Assembly: GCA_051294375.1 (NCBI GenBank)
Contig: CM119265.1
Coordinates: forward strand, 19,020,631-19,084,630
Reading direction: 5' to 3'
Source: Paraspadella gotoi
Taxonomy: Eukaryota > Animalia > Chaetognatha
DNA length: 64,000 bases
This document shows, in pieces, positions 54,698 through 64,000 of the stretch. The notes under the pieces were generated by a model. It had not been told where the DNA came from. It ran no database searches and saw nothing but the letters and a program-made list of their open reading frames with translations. A program made the translations under genes and the position numbers. Position 1 is the stretch's first letter, and the number at the start of each line of letters is the position of its first letter.

Positions 54698-56424
54698 AAT
54701 TGGCTAAAAACGAGGATTAGAGAGATAACAAGGCGATAGGTTTTTCACTCAATCCTTTCCTAATGGTTTCGACTATTTTAGCTAGAAATTCGAGAGACGT
54801 GACGTCTCATTTGTGATTTCTCATTTTTTCAATTTTTCATATCTTGACATCCCACATTATAGCATTTAAATACTCTCTTTTATCTCTTCCAAACCTTAAC
54901 GAAAACACACAAATTTCCCCACCTTTCTAATTTTTTTTCCCGATAAGTCGATCAATCTCTCAATCAAGAAAGAAAGTTTTCGAGACGACGATTACAGAAG
55001 ATATATTGAGGTTGGTTGTAAAAGTGGACTGTGAGAAATTCAGTCCGACAGTGCCGAACACGATATCTATAACAAATTCTTCTATTCTTAAATATACTTG
55101 CACACGTCTGAGCTGGAATGACGAATCATATTTTGAAATTATTGATGGAATTGACGTCATTGTCAAAATCACAATGATGATGCTAAGAACTAGTTTGTCG
55201 AGATCTGAGAAACAAAATAAACAAAAACACACAACGCGGAACACACTAAAAACGTAAACAATATCAAAATACACAAATACCACTCAACAGAACGACGACG
55301 ACGACGACGACGACGAACGACGACCACCGGGATTTTTAAACAGCGTACTCTTGTAGTGCTTTCCTTATTTTTCCGTCGAAACGGGACACATGTTGGGACG
55401 CCGACGCTCGTGAAAAGCGCGTTCGAATCCGAAAGGACGACCCTAATCACGCCGAAGGGATTCGGAACCTGGCAATCCTTGAGCCTTTGCTTTTAAAATC
55501 GGTTCTGAAACAAACAACGTAAAAGATGGAAGAGACGAAAACAACGAAGAATCGTCCAAATTATAGTATTCCACTCAGATATCGGCGAAATGGGAAGAGT
55601 CAATTCCCACTCATATTGACTTCGAATTTTTTGAAACGGACTTATTCGTCGCAGGTGTTTTATTGACCGGACTGGACATCCATAACCCCGAGTTTCAAAC
55701 GCGGAGTGCTTTGTTGACTCGCGGCGTGCTTTGAAAGCGACGTATAGATTCCTTTTTGACGCGATGTTGTGACGTGACCGTTTGGCGAGACGCGCTGGAT
55801 TTGAAGGGATAGTTGTTTCTTCCGAGGAGGAGATGAGAGATGGCGGAAGTCGCTGATTTAGTTGAGCTCGATCTTATGTCTCATCTTTCAGTTGGTTCGG
55901 TTGATTTTTTTTGTTTCCACTTTTAAAAAAACCGCAACTGTTGATTATCAAGTCCAAAAGTATGTATTCATCAGTAACCTATCTAACTAATCAATTATAA
56001 TTATGTCCTTTCCGTTTTATGATGCAGACGAACCTGCGACTGGTGAAAATAGCGCTTAGTCTTTTTTGCCTCGATGCTCGAGGCAACAATGATGGTCGAA
56101 ATGACCAACGACGACTGACGACAAAAGGCACAACAACACGCGCACGACGACCTACAGTTTCTAAATTCAGGCGCTGCACTTAACGAGTTCCTTTTCGAAA
56201 GAACAAGATTCCAAGATTGACGGTCACGACGGAACCAACGAAATAATAAGGACCATACGCCCTGGAGGTGCCGATGAGACACCAGCGAGGTTGTCTGTGA
56301 GTAGGCTTTTGAATGAGGGGGGCAGGGGGCGAGTATACAGGGAGGTTTCTTGAGGGGTCCGACGCCCTTGTGAGTGGAATGAGAGAGAGAAGAGTAGAGA
56401 TGGAGAGACGAGAGAGAGAGAGGC

Positions 56425-56455
<31 letters not shown>

Positions 56456-57645
56456 GAAGATATTGTATTTGGGGCCTCCTCTTCACCTCCCAACCATAAT
56501 CGCCTGTTGTTTAGGGCAAAAGGAAAGAAAGCGCGGACACGGTGCTTTGTCCCTGAATTACCCTTTCATGAGACGAACAGAAAATGGGGATTAAAAGGAA
56601 TAAAAGGGGAGAGGAACCAGAAATCTGGGATGATCTCCGAAATATGGGGATCGACGGGTGGATAATCGACGCCATGCGACGATTTAGCGGAAGAGACCAT
56701 TTACATGATAGGGACGTCCAAGAAATAAAACTCAAAAATCATCCCAAAGTGTGTAGTAGTTATATGCGATTATCAGTTAAATTATAAGACTTAAGTATAA
56801 ATTTCATAAAAATAACCATAATGGATAGTTAATTAATAACCGGAAAGTGTTTAATAGATATATTTATACAATGTATATGGGTTTTAACGAAAAAACAACT
56901 CAAATGAATATCTCCCAGTAAATTTAATTCACTCTTCAGCTAACCCAAAGCGATCCTGGCAGAAGGATTAGATTTAGGAATTAAATATGCAGGATAATTT
57001 AAAGTCGGTTTTTACTGAACAGAATTCCTCTTCAAAATCCTTTGCAAAATCCCCAAATCTTTTAAACGGGCAAGATTCTCTATTCTGAGATCCTTTTCAA
57101 GGTAACTTGGGACAGGAAGCAGAAGTGATTATTATGCCTAAGGTTCCCTTTTGCTGACTAAAATGGTAACTCATTTAGGTATTTTAGAAGCACGAGACGA
57201 ACCAATAGAGAAGCTTAATTGGAATAATACTAAAAAAAAAGGAGACACAGAGAATCAATGATTTGCAATATTGTGAGAAAGAAAATAAAATATAAACAGA
57301 ATGATTTTCACATTTTTCCGGTCCATTGATTCGCCTAAATAAGTATATTTATCAAAAAATTGATTTCGATAAATGACGGCATACCGACGGTGATATAATC
57401 TCACTTTTTGTGATTCAAGGACGACGAATAGTCATCGTACCCAGATGCGTCGGAAAACAAAAAATAGAATATCCCTTGAACTGTCAGAGCTAAGTATTCT
57501 TGTTATGAATTCAAATACACACTATTGATCATTGTTATGATATCATCTTAACTTTATGACATCATTATTCATCATGCTCGAATGCCTAAAACTGACTAAT
57601 GAAGACGCATCATATGCTGGTACCAAAAATTCCCAGGAAAAGTAC

Positions 57646-57683
<38 letters not shown>

Positions 57684-57801
57684 AGAAAGGAGAGAGAAAG
57701 AGCAGAGGAAGCGAGAAGAAGACCTCTGAAAGGCAGAGAAAACAAGAAAACCTTGAACAGTAAATATGAAGTAAAAGGATTTTTTGAGTAAACATTTTGG
57801 A

Positions 57802-58148
57802 ACGGCGGGCATCGAGAGGAACTTAAGAGCGACTTTGGAGAAAGGATTTCAGTTTTTTTTTTTTTCTTTTCGAATAAAGAAATGGAAATTCGCGATCCGA
57901 TAAGAGAAACCGGGGACCCCAGAGGTTGGGAGGTGGAGGAGGGGGGAGGGGGGCGAGTATTTNNNNNNNNNNNNNNNNNNNNNNNNNACGGCGGGCAATC
58001 GAGAAGGAACTTAAGAGCGACTTTGGAGAAAGGATTTCCAGTTTTTTTTTTTTCTTTTCGATAAAGAATGGAAATTCGCATCCGATAAGAGACAACCGGG
58101 GACCCAGAGGTTGGGAGGTGGAGGAGGGGGGAGGGGGGCGAGTATTTT
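57802..58148. repeat. ~160-bp direct duplication across a 25-N gap
   Basis: acggcgggca(a)tcgaga(a)ggaacttaagagcgac...ggcgagtattt is present on both sides of the gap at 57963-57987. Confidence 0.95.
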
Positions 58149-58638
58149 TGATGAGATTGATCGACTTATCGGAAAAAAAAATTAGAAATGGTGGGGAATT
58201 TGTGTGTTTTCCGTATAAGGTTTGGAAGAATAAAGAGAGTATTAAATGCTATAATGTGGGATGTCCAAGATATGAAAATTGAAAAAATGAGAAATCACAA
58301 ATGAACGTCACGTCCTGCGAATTTCTAGCTAAAATAGTCGAAACCATTAGGAAAGATTGAGTGGAAAAACCTACGCCTTGTTATCTGCTCTACATCTCGT
58401 ATTTTAGCCAATTTTTTATTTTTTTGTGAGAAAAATAATAATCCCAAGTTAGTTGAAACGAGAGATTTTAATTCAATTAAAAAAAAAATGATCTCAAATA
58501 AATCTTTAGAACACTTCAATTTTTAAACCACGAAACTAGCCAAAAAATCCATTAATGATTCAACAATAGTCAAAGAGACAACTTGGTACACCATTGAGTC
58601 AGTTCACAAAATACAAATTCGACAGTGAAGTAACTGAG

Positions 58639-61600
58639 TTAAAAAGTTGGATACGTCGCTTCCGAGGCAATGCCGCAATTATGTCACGGTTTCGCGCCAC
58701 CTGATGTATCCATATTCGCCCAAGAAGTTCCCCAACTGTTTTCACGATATAAAAGTCATTTCCATTCTTCGAGCCCGTAAAGGCCCCGACGGGCCGGGAA
58801 AAGCCACGCCCATGGTTTCAAACTGCGGCCAAGAGTGAGAACAAGTTTAAATGTAATTATATGTCATTGAGTGATGTGAACTATACACTACCCCTTGGAT
58901 ACGACTGTTCCAATCCTTCAGCGCTAACTCCTTCATTTTTCTGAACCCAATGGTAACGGTTCTAGCCCTGTTCGAAACAGTCCTTCCAAAAAAAGCGTTG
59001 ACGGGCCTATCCACACTCACTGAGAGGCATGGCCAGGCGGGCCAAAATTGAACACTTTTTAAACTTCTCAGTTCTCTCGAAAAAAAATTTTTTTCCTTCT
59101 ATTACTAAATCGATTTTTTTAAATGCAACTTTTTGAATTAGTTCTTGGTTGTGACTGAAGCTTTTAATATTTATTAATTGTAGAATTACGTAGTATTCTA
59201 CAGACCGTCGAGATACAATTTTTTTTAAATTTTTTTTTTTGAGAAACGATCTTGGAGCTTGAAAAGTTATGAAATGTCTAAATTTTTTTAAAATTTGATC
59301 CAAGTAAAATTGGTTAAATTGGCTGAATTTATAGTTTTTTAAAATTGTTATCAAAATAAAAACAAAACAAATTTAAAAAGTTGTATAATAACTTTACTAC
59401 TTTTAAACTCTACCAGAATCTTTAAAAAAAAATTGAAAATTAATTTAATTATTTATATAATATATAAACAATCCTTAAATGCTTCCGGACGCTAATCAAT
59501 AGATAAAATGTAAAAATTCTTTTTCTTTCATATCTCTAACAGTCACATAACCAATTATTTATATCTGAGAGAACTTCTAATTTTCAACCCTCATCTCCCT
59601 CGGTATCCAGATTATCAAGATTAGCGGTAGCCGACAAATTCAAATTTTAATGGCAACAGCATTAAGTAATCCATTATTGTATTAATTATTGTATTAAATA
59701 TTTTTTTGGCAAAATGTTCCGAACCATGAGTAATTGCCTAATTAATATTATTATATTGCTATATAATGTCAAAAATTTTTTTTTGAAATTTAAGTTTTTT
59801 TAATTGATCTGATAGAGCTTAAAAAGTTAAGCAAAAAATTAATTACAACATTTTAAAATTTTATGTTTATTACTGAAAATTGTAAAAACTGCTAAATCAT
59901 CGGATGATGATGATGATGATGATTTTTAAGGTTTTCCCAGTTTTGACCCACTTATCATCAAATATTGAAAAAGGAATTATACTTTGTGTAGACAACTTTT
60001 TATAAGCTATCTGAAATCAGCTTTAAAATAAAAATTTAAAAAAAATTTGACATTTCCTTTATCTATAAATAAATATTAAAAATAATTATAATGCTTCTAG
60101 CCATTTTAGACAATTTTGGTCATTAAAGTTTCTCAGAAATGTATGAAGTTCGCATTTGGAAAGGTTCCCAATCAAACTTCTGACCCACCCCATTGACAAG
60201 TTTGCTCTATCAGATATATATGACTTTTCTGAATACGCGTCTAAAAATTAAACAACGTCAAACAACTACTCGTCTGTCGTTCATGATCATCACAAAGATT
60301 GTGTCGATCGCAACTGACCAACAAAGAAACTGGGACGACAGACCGATGAAAAATCTCAGTGGATTTTTTTTTAATTTTACTTACCTTGTTCAGACAGTTT
60401 TCGATCGTAAAAAATCCCATTTGGTAAAGGTGCAACTTTTAGCGGCATCGATAGCAACGGAGACGGTCCGGCGGTGCGACGGCTTCGGTCAACGCCATCT
60501 TCGTCGTACTGAATTAAGATAGAACGGTTGATGCATAACAGCGAAGTAGTAAAGTAAATGTCCATCGATTATATTTTCATTTAATGTTAAACACTCAGAA
60601 ATAATTACGATGAAGGGACTGATAGTAAGTACTGCATCAAACTGATTTTTTACTTAATCTTATGTCGGTAGTAATTTTATTCAATATAAAATATGAATAT
60701 AGTAAGAAACGTACCTCCTTATCGCGACATATCCGGTGTTTTTGGCTCGAACCTTCGACTCGCTATATTTGCAAACTACTATCGCAGCCTTATAAGGGTA
60801 ATCCTGCTCCGACTCAATTCCGTATTTTTTCGTGTACCTACAAAAGTTTTGTCATAACTAACAAATATCATTTTTGGAGTAATATTTAATGCTTTTAGTG
60901 ACATTTCTTTTTAAAAAAAATTAATTAATCTAACTTGTTTTACAATTTAGCTATCCATCGTGTTCTTCCGACAATATCCTCCAAGTTATTATTAGTATTT
61001 TTAGCAAGTGAAAAGTAAAGAGTCTCACTCCATCGCGGTTTGTCATTACATCCGCCGAAGCATCCCATGAGTCGTAGTCGCGAGTCTACCAGCTGCTGCT
61101 CCGAAAACTGATCAGTTTTTGAGTCTTGAGCATTCATACCTACAAAAAGACAGACACCCCGTAGTGAAAGTAAAAATAAAAAAAATAATGTTTCCAACAA
61201 TTTTACCCTCTAGTGACCCGTGGTGGAGAAGGCCCAACAGGAACCACCAATGCCTTTGGTCTTTGACAGGCGCCCACATTTTCAATCTCCAATCGATTTT
61301 GCGGGAATCTGTCTAAGGATTTTATTCATAACTAATTGATAAAGATAAGTGATTTTAATCACCTGAGGTCTTGACCGACAGGGAGCGTTCAGACGGTCCC
61401 TTATAATCAGGAAGCAGCCACCAGTGACGTTTTCGAGAAATTCTCTGCGGTCAGATCTCGACTGATTGATCTTCATCCAGTAAGTGTGAAGACCCTCATT
61501 CGCTTCCCTGTTGTGCTCAGCGACGACGCGACGGTTTTCCTCCCAAACGCGGCGACGATGAGCCTCCTCCATCGTCTGAGGCCAAATGTGGGCGTGGCAT

Positions 61601-62144
61601 AAAAAGAAACAAAAGGTAAACGGGTGAATTTGCATCGTATCTATTAGATTTGTTTCTTTCATGGAAATAATTTTATTATGCATGGGTATACATTGCTATA
61701 TACTTTTATGCCGTATAACTTAAACTTAAAAATGGAACTGGAGAGACAGTAATGATTGTTATGTGTTAGTGACAGAACGCTTCAATATAATTATATTATT
61801 ATTAAAGCAGTCCCTGGTTTTTCGGATTCAGGAGTAAAACCGTGTTTACCAGGGGTTTGCGCGACCCTCTTAACTGCTAGGCCGACCACCGGGAGCTAGA
61901 CACCCGGACCTTTGGGTTGGAAGGCGAATGACAAGCTCCGGCACCCAATGGGCCACTGGTTTTGGATATTAGTCCACCATACTAAGAATTATGAATCATG
62001 GCATTTAACTAGATATTATCCCCATTTTTTTTACTTACGTCGTAAGATTTTCCCGAAATTTCAACTTGAACTTTCCCCACTCAGTGTCGAGCGGGGTGTG
62101 ACGTCACAGCCCGATCGTCACCACCCAGAACAGTAGAGCATCAT
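58639..62144 (-). pseudogene. Second, frameshifted copy of the cathepsin L-like gene (other haplotype or paralog; indels probably sequencing error)
   Basis: All seven exons and the introns are recognisable on the minus strand (EEAHRRRVWEENRR...[21 protein letters not shown]), but many 1-nt indels break the frame. Confidence 0.8.
59622..60209. mobile_element. ~590-bp AT-rich insertion in intron 6 of the inverted cathepsin copy
   Basis: Absent from the forward copy (empty site at ~53530-53540). Begins TAG, ends CTA, and is flanked by atcaagat / tcagat, a possible imperfect target-site duplication. Internal blocks resemble the 43.1-43.8-kb element. Confidence 0.6.
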
Positions 62145-63042
62145 CCGGTGTGACTTTTTTAAGCGAAGTGAAAATCGGAGAATTTGATGTGAGTTGAAAT
62201 TTTCCAGTGAGGGGAACGATTTCGTATCTTATAGAGACTTCTTGTCATCGCTCGACCCTTGAGAGCCAAAACCCAAAACACATTTTAAATGGCGAGACGT
62301 TTAATTTTAATATTAGATATTTATTCTTCTAAAAAAAATAAGGTGGCCGAAGAGATGGCTGAAGAATTAACATATATATTAGTTATTACCACACATGATG
62401 ATTTATTAAATATTTTTGTATCTAACGTTCAGCTCATCACATTAAAATTAAATCAATAGCCGTAATAACTGGCCATTTTGTTTTTATATTTTTTATGGTT
62501 TCATCAATGTGCTAGAAAGTAGAAAACATCCCTATGTTTATGTTCTCCGTTTAAGCATATAAGAATAACCTCGTTCTATTATATTGTTCAATGTTCAGCT
62601 AGCGACTTCTCGTGGAAAACCAAAATAAACATTTTTTTGGTCATCTGGAAGATCAAAAACTTAAAGAGAAGTGTAATCCATAAAAACGAACGCGGTGTCA
62701 AGTGATTTACCGCAAATAATAAAATTGTTTTAGTAAAAATAACATAGGTGCAAGTTTTTGTTAACGGAATCACCCAGTTTCCTAAAAAGCTACGTAGACG
62801 TAGACAAATAAGCTTGGATAACGTGATTCATGAAAGAATGTTTTACCTTGGCTGTCGTCCGTCGTCGTCGTCATCAACGTTACGATATTGACATGATCGT
62901 CACGTTTCAACGCGTCGTGATGAGCGCGCTCGTCGTCATCGTCTGTCGTCGTCGTCGTCGTAATAATCGTCCTGAAAATTTGGAATTTTATCGTCAACTA
63001 ATTTGTTTGCCTCAACGCTATCACAAATTGAAATTAGTTATA

Positions 63043-63128
<86 letters not shown>

Positions 63129-64000
63129 GTTATCTCGTTGATTTTCCCGTCAGGATCTTCCCTTCGTGTACGATTTTCCTCAAAAGGGCAAAACGGGTTC
63201 GTATTTTCGGATGTAAGATTATATAAAGGATAGATCTGTTCTACATACAACTTCAAAGACAAAAAATCTAGAATAACCTAACTCTTCACTATCGCCTAGA
63301 TATCCAAAGACGTCATTCGGCCTGGTCGAGAGGTTGAATAATTCCCCATCGGAAGGCGAGAGAGTCACCATGACGATTGCCTCCTAAACTTTAATACTTT
63401 CATTCTTCCTAATTCGGAAAAGACGACCCCTGATTTACGGTTTTCCATCCCGACGAAACCGAAAACTTTCCTTTCCTGGCCATTTTTTTTTTTCTTGAAG
63501 GGATTTCCACCTGTCGAGTTTAGTGGCGATTTATCGGACTCAATCATGCGTCCTTTTTTCATAATTCCTGATCCGCTAATAAAATTTAGAAAGGAGGGGG
63601 AAAAAGAAAAATCCCCTTTGTTTCAAAACACAGAAATAATCATATTCTGTACTCCCAAAGCTCATCATCTCTCTCTTCCTCTCTTTCTCTCTTCTCTCTC
63701 TCTAACGGCTTCACTAAATTTCATATCATATCTTTTTGAGGGGTTCGGCGACGACGACGACGACGATGACGACGACGAACTGGAGGAGAGTCATTAAGGG
63801 GATCCCGACGCTTGGCCGTCCAAAGATTTCCATGCATCGGAGTCCGATCGCAGGACCCCTCGAATCGGAACAGAGTCACGCACGACACTTTTGCTCTACC
63901 TTCCTTACCCGGTTCGCCGGGGTCCGGAGTTCCAATCAACCCCGTCCGGACTAATTATTTTATTTTCATTTTTTTTTCTGTCACTCGGACGAGGCCGGGA

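Larger units (their letters stand above)
58150..64000 (-). repeat. Inverted duplicate of ~49769-54962 (runs off the window end)
   Basis: gagattgatcgacttatcgg at ~58153 is the reverse complement of ~54940-54960. The window end (tcactcggacgag...ggga) is the reverse complement of ~49769-49787. The copies are collinear throughout. Confidence 0.95.

Noticed and set aside
55400-55850. FGF-like resemblance in a minus-strand frame (LQIQRVSPNGHV)
   Set aside because: Only a few residues match and the rest of the FGF core cannot be found.

Overview
Eukaryotic (animal-type, AT-rich, GA/CT- and GAC-microsatellite-rich) draft scaffold with 16 N-gaps. Two spliced genes can be reconstructed by hand. (1) A minus-strand gene (2394-7180, first exon not located) encoding a ~1,440-aa protein: an N-terminal BTB/POZ domain, long low-complexity linkers, a PLDLS CtBP-type motif and three copies of a ~90-aa helical domain I cannot name (BEN-like by inference). 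(2) A complete 7-exon, 322-aa cathepsin L-like cysteine protease on the plus strand (51584-54471) with Glu at the S2-pocket position 205. Each gene has a second, indel-riddled copy: a tandem one at ~9.55-18.5 kb and an inverted one at ~58.15-64 kb. All three exactly-25-N gaps adjoin duplicated sequence, which points to long-read gap-filling artefacts. The inverted cathepsin copy nevertheless carries block differences, including a ~590-bp insertion, so it is another haplotype or a real paralog. The ~30-kb middle has no recognisable coding sequence. It contains candidate regulatory clusters, a ~700-bp palindromic (foldback/MITE-like) element, a CTCF-like motif and a CCA-bearing tRNA-Lys(CTT) 3' fragment. 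No prokaryotic features, CRISPR arrays or rRNA were seen.
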